From Planctomycetota bacterium (lineage in GTDB: Bacteria; Planctomycetota; UBA1135; UBA2386): a stretch of DNA of 64,000 nt. Position numbers and translations under genes: made by a program. The notes beneath the pieces are model-generated. The model saw only the letters and a program-made list of their open reading frames with translations. It did no database searches and was not told the DNA's origin. Positions 9,695 through 19,945 of the stretch are shown here, one piece after another. The stretch is taken from assembly GCA_965228735.1 (NCBI GenBank), contig OZ245838.1, forward strand, positions 6,688,001 to 6,752,000. The letters are read 5' to 3'. Numbering within the stretch: position 1 is the first letter of the stretch; every line of letters starts with the position of its first letter.

Positions 9695-11202
9695 TGAGCA
9701 GCGACCGGACCACGCCGCCGCTCGACAGCGAGTCGCACCGGTTGACGGCAGCGCTCGCGGGCCTGCCCGACACGCGCATCCTCGTCGTCGGTGACCTGAT
9801 CCTCGATCGCTACGCGGACGGCAACGCGAATCGCGTGTCGCCCGAGGCACCCGTTCTGGTCTTCGACTTCACGAGCGAACGCTACCTGCTCGGCGGCGCG
9901 AGCAACGTCGCGGCCAACCTCGCCGCGCTCGGCGCGTCGGCGTCCGTGCTCGGCGTCATCGGTGACGACGAGGGCGGTCAGCGGCTGCGAAAGCTGCTCG
10001 AGGACGCCGACATCGACACGCAGGCGCTCGTCGTGGATCGCACGCGACCGACGACACGCAAGACGCGGTACGTCGCGAAGACGATGCAGGTGCTGCGGGT
10101 CGACGAGGAGAGTCGGGTGCCGGTTTCCGGTGAGGCGGAGCAGCGCATGCTCGATCTGCTGAACCAGCGGCCGTTCCCGTGGAAGTCGGTGCTGCTGTCC
10201 GACTACGGCAAGGGCGCGTTGACACGCCCCGTGATCGCTGCCGCGGTCGAGGCCGCGCGGTCACAGGGCGGCGTCACCGTCGTCGATCCGAAGGGCACGG
10301 ACTACTCGATCTACCAGGGCGTCGACCTGCTCACGCCCAACCGCGAAGAAGCGGAGAAGGCCACGGGCGTGACGATCCGCGGCAGCGAGGATCTGCACCG
10401 GGCGGCCCAGCGGCTGCGCGAGATCACCGGTGTGCGCACCGCGGTCATCACGCTCGGCAAGGACGGCATGTTCTTCGAACGGGAGGACGGGTCGCATCGC
10501 ATCATTCCGACCGAGGCGCGGCAGGTCTTCGATGTCACGGGCGCCGGTGACACGGTCGTCGCCGTGCTGACGCTGTGCCGCGCGTGCAACGTGCCGCTCG
10601 AGGACAGCCTGCGGCTCGCGAACCACGCCGCGGGCGTCACGGTCGCCAAGCTCGGCAACTGGACCCCGAGCCGGGACGAGGTCGCGGCCAAGATCCGCGG
10701 CGGTTCGGACCGCCCCGCCGGCACGGTCCTCACGCGCGAACAGGCCATCCAGGTCGGCTCGCACATGCGCGCCGAAGGTCGCCGTCTCGTCTTCACCAAC
10801 GGTTGCTTCGACATCCTGCACGCGGGCCACTGTGACTACCTCCAGAAGGCGCGGTCGTACGGGGACGCGCTCATGGTCGGACTCAACACCGACCAGTCGG
10901 TGCAGCGGCAGCAGAAGGGGCCGGGCCGCCCGTTCAACGGTCTCGAGGATCGCGCCGCCGTGCTCGCCGCGCTGCAGGCCGTCGACTACGTCGTGCCGTT
11001 CGACGAGGACACGCCGGGTGAGCTCATCGAGGCCGTGACGCCGCACGTGCTCGCCAAGGGCGAGGACTGGCGCGACAAGGGCGTCGTCGGCCGCGAGTGG
11101 GTCGAGTCCAACGGCGGCCAGGTCGTGCTCGTGCCGCTCGTCGCCGGGCGGTCGACGACGAACGTCGTGGAGAAGATCCTCGCGAGCCGGCGGGGCGAGT
11201 AA
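9694..11202 (+). CDS. hldE: Bifunctional heptose-7-phosphate kinase / heptose-1-phosphate adenylyltransferase
   Basis: PfkB domain (RVSPEAPV, SDYGKG, DVTGAGDT) plus cytidylyltransferase domain (FTNGCFDILHAGH, GRSTT). Confidence 0.95.
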   Translation: MSSDRTTPPLDSESHRLTAALAGLPDTRILVVGDLILDRYADGNANRVSPEAPVLVFDFTSERYLLGGASNVAANLAALGASASVLGVIGDDEGGQRLRKLLEDADIDTQALVVDRTRPTTRKTRYVAKTMQVLRVDEESRVPVSGEAEQRMLDLLNQRPFPWKSVLLSDYGKGALTRPVIAAAVEAARSQGGVTVVDPKGTDYSIYQGVDLLTPNREEAEKATGVTIRGSEDLHRAAQRLREITGVRTAVITLGKDGMFFEREDGSHRIIPTEARQVFDVTGAGDTVVAVLTLCRACNVPLEDSLRLANHAAGVTVAKLGNWTPSRDEVAAKIRGGSDRPAGTVLTREQAIQVGSHMRAEGRRLVFTNGCFDILHAGHCDYLQKARSYGDALMVGLNTDQSVQRQQKGPGRPFNGLEDRAAVLAALQAVDYVVPFDEDTPGELIEAVTPHVLAKGEDWRDKGVVGREWVESNGGQVVLVPLVAGRSTTNVVEKILASRRGE

Positions 11203-11219
11203 CCGGTCGCCGTCGCTCG

Positions 11220-11963
11220 ATGTTCCGCAAGCTTCGCCGTCTGTTCCGCAGCGTCTTCGGCCCCGGGCCGACCGAGGGCGAACGGCGCAACGCGCGCTAC
11301 GACGCCGAGACGGTCGAGGTCATGCGCCGCGTCCTGTCCGACGACAGCGGCTGCGTCGACGTCGGCTGTCACCGCGGCACGATGCTCGACGAGATGCTGC
11401 GCTGCGCGCCGAACGGCCGCCACTTCGGCTTCGAGCCGATTCCGGAGCTGGCCGCCCAACTCGAGAAGCGGTACGGCAAGCGCGACAACGTGACGATCCA
11501 CCGCGTCGCCCTGAGCGATTCAGCCGGTCGATCGACGTTTGCGCACGTCGTGACCAACCCGGGCTACAGCGGCCTGCGCGAGCGGCGCTACGACCGCGAC
11601 GACGAACGGGTCGAGACGATCGAGGTCGAGACCGCGAGACTCGACGATCTGCTCCCCGACGGCGTCCGCATCCGCTTCGTCAAGATCGACGTCGAGGGCG
11701 GCGAACTCGGCGTCCTGCGCGGGGCGGCCAGCATGCTGCGCCGGGACCGCCCGGTCATCGTGTTCGAGCACGGCGTCGGGTCAGCGGACCGCTACGGCAC
11801 CGAGCCGGACCACGTGTTCGACGTGCTGACCGACTGCGGTCTCGAGGTCACGACGATGCGCCGTTGGCTGGCCGGTGAACCGCCGCATTCCCGCGACACC
11901 TTCTGCGAGGCGTTCCGGAAGGTCGAGGACTTCTACTTCCTTGCCGGCCCGAAGTCGGGCTGA
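11220..11963 (+). CDS. FkbM family methyltransferase
   Basis: VDVGCHRG, FEPIP and KIDVEGGE motifs. Confidence 0.9.
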   Translation: MFRKLRRLFRSVFGPGPTEGERRNARYDAETVEVMRRVLSDDSGCVDVGCHRGTMLDEMLRCAPNGRHFGFEPIPELAAQLEKRYGKRDNVTIHRVALSDSAGRSTFAHVVTNPGYSGLRERRYDRDDERVETIEVETARLDDLLPDGVRIRFVKIDVEGGELGVLRGAASMLRRDRPVIVFEHGVGSADRYGTEPDHVFDVLTDCGLEVTTMRRWLAGEPPHSRDTFCEAFRKVEDFYFLAGPKSG

Positions 11964-11984
11964 ATGTGAGGTCGGTCGTCGCCA

Positions 11985-13460
11985 TCAGCGTCGCTGCAAC
12001 CCGGCCGGCACCGCCGCGATGCCGCGCTCGCGCATCAGCGCCTCGATCGCATCGGGCGACGACGGCAGGTGCCCCGACAGGTTCTCGTGACCGTCCGCGG
12101 TGACGAGCACCGTGTCCTCGATGCGGCAGCCCATGCCCTGCTTGCGCAGGTACGCGCCGGGCTCGACGGTGATCACCATGCCCGGCTGCAGTTCGTCGGT
12201 CGACGGGTCGTGCACGGCCAGCCCCACGTGGTGGCACGGGCCGTGGTCGACGCGGTAGCCCTTCGCGCGCAGGAGCTCGCTGCAGCGCCGCCCGATCACG
12301 CTGAGGCGCGCGCCGGGCTTCACCATCGCGAGCAGCTGCTGCTGCACTTCGTGTACGTCCTCGACGAGCTCGCGCTGCTCGTCGCTGAATTTGCCGGACG
12401 CCGGGAACGTACGTGTCACGTCGCTCGCGTAACCGTGCAGCGTCGCGGCGTAGTCCATGACGATGAGGTCGTCGGCCTGCAGCTTCCTCGTGCACGCGTT
12501 GTAGTGCAGGATGCAGCCGTTGGGCCCGCCGCCGACGATCGCGCCGTAGGCGTCCGGGCCGCAGCCGCGCAGCGAGAACACGTAGCGCGCGACGGCCGCG
12601 ACCTGGTACTCGAACATCCCGGGGCGCACGCTCTTCATCGCCTCGGCGATGCCCTCAGCGGCGATGCGCGTCGAGGCGCGCAGCAGTTCGAGTTCGTGGG
12701 GGCTCTTGACCGTCCGCATCGTGCCGAGCAGGCGTTCGACGCCGTGGATCCGCAGGCCGTCGAAGCGTTCTTCGAGATGCTGCTTCAGCATCGACTCGCG
12801 CGGCTGACGGCCGTCGAGCGGGTCGCGCGTCACCGCGCGCGCGGCGGTCGCGGCCTTGCTCGGTGTGCTGCCGGTCGCGGGTGACGGCCGGACTGCGGTG
12901 TAGAGGTGGGGGCGCGCGCCGGTGTCGTCCTTGCCGAGCAGTTCGTCGAGTCGGCGGTCGAGCGCGCGCACGTTGCCGGCGATGCCGAACCCGGTGCGTT
13001 CGGCGGTCTGCTCACCCGGCGCGAGGAAGTTGCCGTCCCAGACCGCGGCGAAGCGCGAGAACGGCGGTACGAGCAGTTCGTCGCGCGTCAGCTTGCCCTC
13101 GCCGTCGATCTCGAGCAGCACCGCGACGTTGGGCTCCGTGATGCCCGCGAGGTAGAGGAAGTCCTGGTCCTGCACGAACGAGCCCATGTCCGGCGTCTGC
13201 AGCGCGCCGCGCACGAGCACGACGGCGCGTTCGCCGGGATGGCGCAATGCGATCGCCGCGGCGAGTGCGAGGCGGCGCTCCCGGTGTTCTTCGATGCTCG
13301 GTGGCGCGGGCGGTTCCGGCAGCTCGGCCTCCCGGATGGCCGCGGCCGCCGGCCCCTGCGCCAGCAGTGAGGTCGCGGGCAGCGCGAACGCGCCGAGCAT
13401 CACGACCAGCGGCAGCGCGCCGGCGACGGGGGCAGGGATCGAACGGTCGGTCTGTGCCAT
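11985..13460 (-). CDS. pepP: Xaa-Pro aminopeptidase (M24B), possibly exported
   Basis: QDQDFLYLAG N-domain; ILHY, GYASDVTRT, HHVGLAVHD, TVEPG and RIED metal-binding motifs. Confidence 0.88.
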   Translation of the reverse strand: MAQTDRSIPAPVAGALPLVVMLGAFALPATSLLAQGPAAAAIREAELPEPPAPPSIEEHRERRLALAAAIALRHPGERAVVLVRGALQTPDMGSFVQDQDFLYLAGITEPNVAVLLEIDGEGKLTRDELLVPPFSRFAAVWDGNFLAPGEQTAERTGFGIAGNVRALDRRLDELLGKDDTGARPHLYTAVRPSPATGSTPSKAATAARAVTRDPLDGRQPRESMLKQHLEERFDGLRIHGVERLLGTMRTVKSPHELELLRASTRIAAEGIAEAMKSVRPGMFEYQVAAVARYVFSLRGCGPDAYGAIVGGGPNGCILHYNACTRKLQADDLIVMDYAATLHGYASDVTRTFPASGKFSDEQRELVEDVHEVQQQLLAMVKPGARLSVIGRRCSELLRAKGYRVDHGPCHHVGLAVHDPSTDELQPGMVITVEPGAYLRKQGMGCRIEDTVLVTADGHENLSGHLPSSPDAIEALMRERGIAAVPAGLQRR

Positions 13461-13522
13461 GCCTGCAACATACGGGTGAAGCCAGCTTGTCGTTGGCGGC
13501 GCAATCGTCGACATTTCGTCCC

Positions 13523-15856
13523 ATGACCCGTCGCCATGCCGCCCTCCTGGCCTCGTTGTTCGCCGCGACCGCGCTCACCGCGCAGGACGCGGCCACGGAC
13601 GACGCCAATTCCTACGGCCACTCCCGCCACGGCGAGGCGTTCGACGAGGGACCGCGGCAGGCCGCGTATCGGATGCCGGGACTCGGCGACCAGGTGCATC
13701 TGCCGGTCGCGGGTCTGAGCCCGGAGGCGCAGGCGTTCTTCGACCAGGCGGTCACCCAGCAGCACGGCTTCTGGTACTACGAATCCGAGCGCAGCTTCCG
13801 GCAGGTCCAGAAGCTCCATCCCGACTGCGCGATGGCCTACTGGGGCATGTGCGTCGCGAACATCGACAACGCCGAACGCGCCGCGGGCTTCATCTGCAAG
13901 GCCGTCGAGCACGAACAGGGCATCCCGGCGCGCGAGCAGCTCTGGGTCGACGCGTGGGCGACCTACTACGGCGTGACGGACAAGGTGCGGAAGGAGCTGC
14001 AGTCGGGCGACAAAGAGCGCGTGGAGGCGGCGACGAAGAAGCTCGTCGAGCAGGTGAAGGGCTGGGGCGACGAGAAGGATCGTGGCAAACGGCGCGCGGC
14101 GAAGGGCAAGCGCGAGAAGAAGCTCATCAAGGATCTCGGCACGCTCGTCTACGAGCATCCGGACGACCTCGAGGCCAAGGCGTTCCTCGCGATCCAGAAC
14201 TGGCACGCCTACGCGTGGGGCGGCGGCGTCGAGATCGTCTCGCACACCGCGGTCGACGCGCTGCTGCACGAGGTGCTCCGCGAGAAGCCCCTGCACCCGT
14301 GCCACCACTATCGCATCCACCTCTGGGATCGTGAGGACGCGCGGCGGTCGCTCGACTCCGCGAGCAAGATCGGGTTCTCCGCGCCGGCGATCGCGCACCA
14401 GTGGCACATGGCCGGTCACATCTACGCGAAGCTCGACCGCCACGCCGAGGCCGCGTGGCAGCAGGAGGCGTCGGGCCGCGCCGATCACGCCCACATGCAT
14501 CGGGATCGCGTGATGCCGTTCGACATCCACAACTACGGGCACAACCAGGAGTGGCTCTGTCGCAGCCTGTCGCTCGTCGGGCGCTGGCAGGAGGCGCTCG
14601 CGATCGCGAAGAACCTCGCCGAGCTGCCGCGGCACCCGAAGTTGAACATGCCGGGTTCGCGCGGCGACATCGCCTACTACGGCCGCCAGCGCCTGCTCAG
14701 TGTCTGCGAGGATCACCGGCTCTGGGAGCAGGCCGTCGACATCTGTCGCGCGGGCTACTTCGAGGCCGAAGCCGACGTCCATGGCGAGGCTTCGCGCCTC
14801 GGTCTGCTCGGGCGCGCGCTGTTCCAACTCGGTCGGCGGGACGAAGCCGAGCGCGTCGTCGCCGATGCCGAGAAGCTGCTCGACCGAGCGCGCCGCGAAC
14901 GCGCCGCGGGAATGGACGAGGCCGAGCAGGAGGCGATCGATGCGGACAAGAAGCGCACGGAAGTCGACGACGCGCTCGCCGAGGCCAGCCGCGAAGGCAC
15001 GGACGCCGTGCGCCGCGTGCGCGATCTGCTGAAGGAGCTCGAGGCCGAGCGACTGCTCGCCGACGGCGACGGCAAGGCCGCCGTCGCGTTACTCGAGGAT
15101 GTCAACCGCTTCCCGAAGACGTTGCTGGCGGACGCCAAGCTCGCGGCCGGTGACATTGCCGGTGCGGTCGAGTTGCTCGAGCAGGAGGTCGAGTCCCGTC
15201 CCGCCCGCGTGCCGACGCTGCGCCGGCTGCTGACCGCGCTGGAGACAGCCGAGGAGAAGGACGCCGACCGCATCGCCGAGGTGCAGGCCGCGCTCGCCGC
15301 GATCCCGAGTTCGATGGCCGGGTTCGGCGACGACTTCGGCGAACGCCCGCCGCTCGCGGACCTCGGCCCGTTCCGCTGGCAACCACAGCCGGCGCGCCCG
15401 CTCGATCTGCCGATCGCAGGCCGCGACGGCGAGCGCTTCCGCCTCGCGGACGCGGGTGGTCCGACCCTCGTCGTGTTCTACCTGGGTTTCGGCTGCCTGC
15501 ACTGCGTCGAGCAACTGCAGGCGATCGCGCCGCAGGCCGAGGCGTTCGCCGACCTCGGCATCCGGATCGTCGCGGTCGGGACCGATACCGCGCCGAAGGC
15601 CAGCAAGTCGCTGGCGAACATGGGCGAGGGCGCCTTCCCGTTCCCGCTCGTCGCGGACCCCGAACTCGCGGCGTTCAAGGAATGGCGCTGCTACGACGAC
15701 TTCGAGGCGATGCCGCTGCACGGCCTGTTCCTCGTCGATGGCGACGGCCGCGTGCGCTGGTCGGACATCAGCTACGAGCCGTTCGTCGAGATCGAGTGGC
15801 TGCTCGACGAGAGCCGTCGCCTGCTCGCGCTGCCTGGCGTCGCCGGCTCGCGCTGA
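13523..15856 (+). CDS. Exported TPR-like protein fused to a C-terminal AhpC/TSA redoxin domain
   Basis: Signal peptide, then a helical region (HHYRIHLWD, HQWHMAGH), then VVFYLGFGCLHCVEQL...HGLFLVDGDGRVRW. Confidence 0.8.
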   Translation: MTRRHAALLASLFAATALTAQDAATDDANSYGHSRHGEAFDEGPRQAAYRMPGLGDQVHLPVAGLSPEAQAFFDQAVTQQHGFWYYESERSFRQVQKLHPDCAMAYWGMCVANIDNAERAAGFICKAVEHEQGIPAREQLWVDAWATYYGVTDKVRKELQSGDKERVEAATKKLVEQVKGWGDEKDRGKRRAAKGKREKKLIKDLGTLVYEHPDDLEAKAFLAIQNWHAYAWGGGVEIVSHTAVDALLHEVLREKPLHPCHHYRIHLWDREDARRSLDSASKIGFSAPAIAHQWHMAGHIYAKLDRHAEAAWQQEASGRADHAHMHRDRVMPFDIHNYGHNQEWLCRSLSLVGRWQEALAIAKNLAELPRHPKLNMPGSRGDIAYYGRQRLLSVCEDHRLWEQAVDICRAGYFEAEADVHGEASRLGLLGRALFQLGRRDEAERVVADAEKLLDRARRERAAGMDEAEQEAIDADKKRTEVDDALAEASREGTDAVRRVRDLLKELEAERLLADGDGKAAVALLEDVNRFPKTLLADAKLAAGDIAGAVELLEQEVESRPARVPTLRRLLTALETAEEKDADRIAEVQAALAAIPSSMAGFGDDFGERPPLADLGPFRWQPQPARPLDLPIAGRDGERFRLADAGGPTLVVFYLGFGCLHCVEQLQAIAPQAEAFADLGIRIVAVGTDTAPKASKSLANMGEGAFPFPLVADPELAAFKEWRCYDDFEAMPLHGLFLVDGDGRVRWSDISYEPFVEIEWLLDESRRLLALPGVAGSR

Positions 15857-15995
15857 GCATTCTCACGAGAACGGCACGGGAACGGCGCGGGATTACCGCC
15901 GTATCGTTGCCGCTGGGGCGGCCGCGTGGCATCCTACCCAGCGAATATGCCGGCGCGGCAGGGCTCGCGTCGGTCACGCAATCAGGGAGGCTCGA

Positions 15996-16613
15996 TTGGT
16001 CGTTACACCCCGCAAGCAGCGGTCGAAAGACAAGGTCATCGCCGATCGGCGCGCACTCGCACTGATCCTCAACGGGCTGCGCACGAGCGGCAAGAACGTC
16101 GTGCTGACCAACGGTGTCTTCGACCTGATGCACGTCGGCCACATGCGTTGCCTCGAGGATGCGCGCTCGCGCGGCGACTACCTCGTCGTCGCCGTCAACA
16201 ACGACAAGTCCGCGCAGGCGATCAAGGGCAAGGGGCGTCCGATCGTGCCCGTCGCGGAGCGGATGGAGATGCTCTCCGCGCTGTCGTTCGTCGACTACGT
16301 GACGACGTTCGAGGACGAGACGGCGGACGCCCTGCTCGAGCAGCTGCAGCCGAGCCTCTACGCCAAGGGCACGGACTACACGCTCAAGACTCTGCCGGAG
16401 CGCGACACGGTCAAGGCGCTCGGCATCAAGGCCGTGTTCGTCGGTGACAAGAAGGGGCACTCGACGGCCAAACTGATCCAGAAGGTGCAGAAGCTGCCGG
16501 CTGGCAAGGCGGCGGCGGCGGGCAAGAAGCCCGCGGCGAAGAAGGCTGCCAAGAAGGCACCCGCGAAGAAGCCGGCGAAGAAGGCCGTCAGGAAGAAGGC
16601 CGCGAGCCGTTAG
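15996..16613 (+). CDS. Stand-alone RfaE domain II-type nucleotidyltransferase with Lys/Ala/Pro-rich tail
   Basis: TNGVFDLMHVGH, KGKGRP and KGTDY motifs; TTG start after SD AGGGAGG (15984-15990); tail KKPAAKKAAKKAPAKKPAKK. Confidence 0.85.
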   Translation: MVVTPRKQRSKDKVIADRRALALILNGLRTSGKNVVLTNGVFDLMHVGHMRCLEDARSRGDYLVVAVNNDKSAQAIKGKGRPIVPVAERMEMLSALSFVDYVTTFEDETADALLEQLQPSLYAKGTDYTLKTLPERDTVKALGIKAVFVGDKKGHSTAKLIQKVQKLPAGKAAAAGKKPAAKKAAKKAPAKKPAKKAVRKKAASR

Positions 16614-16682
16614 TCGACCGGTTCGTCGACCGGCGACGGGCCCTCTGTGACGCTGCGGGCGCCGCCGGCTATGGTGGGCGCC

Positions 16683-18152
16683 ATGCCGAGCCCGTTCCGC
16701 GTGTCGTTCCTGCCCGTCCTGCTGCTCGCGGCCACGGCCGCCGGCCTGACGGTCGTGACACCGGCGCAGTCGGCGCGCGATCGCAACGTCAAGGCCTACG
16801 AGAAGGCCCGCAAGCTCGAGCTCATCGAGATGGGGCAGCGCCACGTCGACATCGGCTGGTCGATGCGCAAGAGCGGGCTCAACCAGCAGGTGATCTACCA
16901 GTTCGTGCGCGCCAGGGAGCTGTCCGAGGGCGAGCACCTGATGGCGGGCCGGATGATCGGCATCGTGCGCGCCTACGGCGACGCGTTCTGGCGCAAGGCG
17001 CGCAAGAAGGCGACGCGCAAGGCGCTCGTCTACTACACGAAGCGCGCGGCCGACGCCGAGGAACGCGATCAACGCGCGCACGCCAAGCTCGCGCGGCTCG
17101 CCGAGCGCGCGCACATGGACGACACCGCGCGCCACCACTGGCGGCGCGCGCTCGAGCTCGGGGCCGAGCTCGAGATCACGAGCCGTGGCGCGAAGATCGG
17201 CCGCCAGAAGGTCGGTGAGGCGCACGTCGAGTGGCTGACGGCGCAGACGATCGAGGTCGACGGCGAGCGCAAGTTCGACTACGCGAGCGTGATGGCGACC
17301 GGGGGTGGAGCGCCGCCGGGGCCGAACGGCACGCCGCGCGCGCCGCAGTTCCGGCCGCTGCCGAAGCTCGCGGGCTTTCGCGAGGCGAGCACGGACGCGG
17401 TCGTTCTACGGACCGACCTGCCGAAGGCCCGGGCGGAAGAGCTCTGTGCTCTCGGCACCGCGCTGTGCGAGCCGCTCGCCGAGCGCCTCGAGGGTCTGCC
17501 GGTCGGCAAACTGCACGTGCTCGTGTTCGGGAAGCGCAGCGACTACGACGCCTACCTGCAGGCGCGCGGGCACGGCGACGCGACGGTCGCGCGCGGGCTG
17601 TGTGACTACGGTGGCCGCCAGGCGATGCTCTGTGCCGAGGGGCTCGAAGCCGCGGACCTGCACGCGTTGCTGCTGCACGAGCTGACGCACCTCTACTTCT
17701 GGTGCTGCTCGCCGGTGCGGATGCCAGACTTCTACGCCGAAGGCCTCGCCGAGACGTTCGGTGGGCAGGGGACGTTCGTCTGGGACGGCAAGGCTCTGAC
17801 GGTCGGCGGTCCGATGCGCCGCGACCGCGTCGATGCGGTGAAGAAGGCGCCGCTGCCGCTGCGTGATCTCGTCGCGGCGAACGCGCTGCAGTTGCTCGGT
17901 TCGGACCACGACAAGGCGATGGTCTTCTACACGCAGGCGCAGCTGCTGCAGCGCTTCCTCGCCACCCCGGACTGTCCGTGGCGCGCGCGATTCGGCTGGT
18001 GGGAGGACGAGTGCCGCGGTGCGCTGCGCGGCACGGAGTCGACGTTGCGTCAGGGCAGCGTCGCGCCGGCGGAGCAGTCGTTCCAGCGGCTGTTCGGCGA
18101 GGACCTCGGCGACCTCGAGAAGGCGTTCTTCGCCTGGCTCGCCGAGCAGTAG
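16683..18152 (+). CDS. Exported protein with gluzincin-type metallopeptidase motif (DUF1570-like)
   Basis: Signal peptide; LLHELTH followed by FYAEGLAE. Confidence 0.65.
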   Translation: MPSPFRVSFLPVLLLAATAAGLTVVTPAQSARDRNVKAYEKARKLELIEMGQRHVDIGWSMRKSGLNQQVIYQFVRARELSEGEHLMAGRMIGIVRAYGDAFWRKARKKATRKALVYYTKRAADAEERDQRAHAKLARLAERAHMDDTARHHWRRALELGAELEITSRGAKIGRQKVGEAHVEWLTAQTIEVDGERKFDYASVMATGGGAPPGPNGTPRAPQFRPLPKLAGFREASTDAVVLRTDLPKARAEELCALGTALCEPLAERLEGLPVGKLHVLVFGKRSDYDAYLQARGHGDATVARGLCDYGGRQAMLCAEGLEAADLHALLLHELTHLYFWCCSPVRMPDFYAEGLAETFGGQGTFVWDGKALTVGGPMRRDRVDAVKKAPLPLRDLVAANALQLLGSDHDKAMVFYTQAQLLQRFLATPDCPWRARFGWWEDECRGALRGTESTLRQGSVAPAEQSFQRLFGEDLGDLEKAFFAWLAEQ

Positions 18153-18276
18153 GTCGCGGTCGACGGTCGACCGGCGATTCGTGGCCGGGAATCTCCTGAG
18201 CCGACCCGCGCGCTGGCACGGCGCGGTCGCCGTCGCCGTCAAGCGCGCCCGCGTCACGGGCCGATCGCTACCGGAG

Positions 18277-19200
18277 ATGGCTACGGCCCTCGACAAGCAG
18301 GAGGCCCGCGCGGAGGGGTATTCCGCGGTTCCCGTGATGGGATTGGCAGCGGATCGTCCGCTCGGTTTCCCGCTGTACCTCAGAACGGCCGAACGGACCT
18401 GGGTGCTCTACCGCCCGGCGAGCGCGGAGATCGACGCGGCCCAGGTCGGGCGGCTGTACGCGGAGGGTGTGGTGGAGCTGTTCATCCGCAATGCGGACCG
18501 GAGTCTCTACTTCAACCGGGTTCGAGACTCGCTGGATCGGGTGCTGCTCGAACGGGACGTGCCGCTCGACGTGCGCGCCGACGTGCTCGTCGGCGTTGCG
18601 ACGCGCATGGCCGACGAGCTGCTGGCCGCGCGCCCGGACCGCGCCGGCGTGCAGCGTGCGCGCAAGGTGATGATGGCGACGAGCGGGCTGATGCTGCGTG
18701 AGCCGAAGGGATTCTCCGCGGTGCGCAAGATGCTGTCGCATAGCAATGCGCTGTCGAAGCACGCGCTGACCGTCGGGTTCTTGAGCATGGGGCTCGCCAA
18801 GGTTGCCTACGGGGCGGACGCGAACGGGTTGATGCTTGCGGGGCTCGCGGGCCTGCTGCACGACATCAGCCACATCGGCAACACGGGTGGCGACGACGAT
18901 GACATGCACGCGATTCGCAGCGCCGACTACCTCGCGGAGCTCGGGCTGCCCGAGCCGATCGTGCTCGCCGCTCGCCATCATCATGAGCGCTGGGACGGCT
19001 CGGGCACGCCGCATGGGTTGCGCGGCGAGGACATCCCGAAGCTCGCGCGGGTCGTCGGTCTCGCGGACACGTTCGACAAGGTCTACGGCGCGCAGCGTCC
19101 GCGGGTGTCGGTGTTCGACGCGCTGCGCATCGTCGCGACGGCGTACCGCGACTGCTTCGACCCGCGGCTCGCGCCGGCGTTCGTCAAGCTGTTCCGGTAG
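18277..19200 (+). CDS. HD-GYP-like phosphohydrolase
   Basis: GLLHDI and HHHERWDGSGTPHGL (GYP replaced by GTP), then LADTFD; SD GGAG before the ATG. Confidence 0.85.
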   Translation: MATALDKQEARAEGYSAVPVMGLAADRPLGFPLYLRTAERTWVLYRPASAEIDAAQVGRLYAEGVVELFIRNADRSLYFNRVRDSLDRVLLERDVPLDVRADVLVGVATRMADELLAARPDRAGVQRARKVMMATSGLMLREPKGFSAVRKMLSHSNALSKHALTVGFLSMGLAKVAYGADANGLMLAGLAGLLHDISHIGNTGGDDDDMHAIRSADYLAELGLPEPIVLAARHHHERWDGSGTPHGLRGEDIPKLARVVGLADTFDKVYGAQRPRVSVFDALRIVATAYRDCFDPRLAPAFVKLFR

Positions 19201-19215
19201 CCGGCAGCGCGCCCT

Positions 19216-19247
19216 CGGTACCGTACGGGCGCGGTACTGTACGGGCG
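19216..19247. repeat. Two tandem 16-bp REP cores between convergent genes
   Basis: CGGTACCGTACGGGCG followed by CGGTACTGTACGGGCG. Confidence 0.75.
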
Positions 19248-19916
19248 TTACGGGGCGCTGACGCCGAACGCGGTCCAGTAGTCGTCGGCGCCTTCGGCCC
19301 GCAGTCGGTCCGTCGGGGTGAAGCCGAACAGGCATGCGATCGCGCGGCAGCCGAATGCCCTGCTCGCGCGCAGGTCCTGCACGCCGTCGCCGACCATGGT
19401 CACCGTCCGAGGCTCGACGTCCCGGAGGCCGAGTTGGTCGAGCGCGTGCCGCAGGGGGGCCGGGTCGGGTTTCTTCACGGCGAGCGTGTCGCCGCCGACG
19501 ACGACGGGCAGCAGATCGCGCAGGCCGAGGTGATCGATGATCGGGTCGGCGAAGCGGGCCGGCTTGTTGGTGACGACGGCGAGCGGATGGCCGGCCGCGC
19601 GCAGGTGCTCGAGGTGCTCGCGGACCCCGGGATAGGTGGTCACGGCTGCCGTGCAGCGGGTGCGGTGGTCTTCCGCGTAGATCGCGAACGCCTCGTCGAT
19701 CGCCCGTTCCGCGGTGGTGCCCTCGGGCAACCGGCCCTGCAGCGCCCGACGCAGCAGCATGCGGGCGCCATCACCCACGAACCCACGGACCTCGGCCTCG
19801 GTCACGGCCGGCAGACCGTAGGCCGCCCGCACGTGATTGGTGCTCGCCGTGATGTCGGGCAGCGTCGCTGCCAGTGTGCCGTCGAGGTCGAAGAGGAATG
19901 CGTGCGGGTGGGCCAC
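19248..19916 (-). CDS. gph: HAD-family phosphatase (phosphoglycolate phosphatase-like)
   Basis: FDLDGTL, VVTNKP, KKPDP and MVGDG motifs. Confidence 0.85.
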   Translation of the reverse strand: MAHPHAFLFDLDGTLAATLPDITASTNHVRAAYGLPAVTEAEVRGFVGDGARMLLRRALQGRLPEGTTAERAIDEAFAIYAEDHRTRCTAAVTTYPGVREHLEHLRAAGHPLAVVTNKPARFADPIIDHLGLRDLLPVVVGGDTLAVKKPDPAPLRHALDQLGLRDVEPRTVTMVGDGVQDLRASRAFGCRAIACLFGFTPTDRLRAEGADDYWTAFGVSAP

Positions 19917-19945
19917 GGGCCGCGCCGGTATACTGGTCGCCCCGC

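Noticed and set aside
16611..18175. GTCGACCGG motifs at both ends of the gene at 16683 as element boundaries
   Set aside because: They are short, and GTCGAC is very frequent throughout this sequence.
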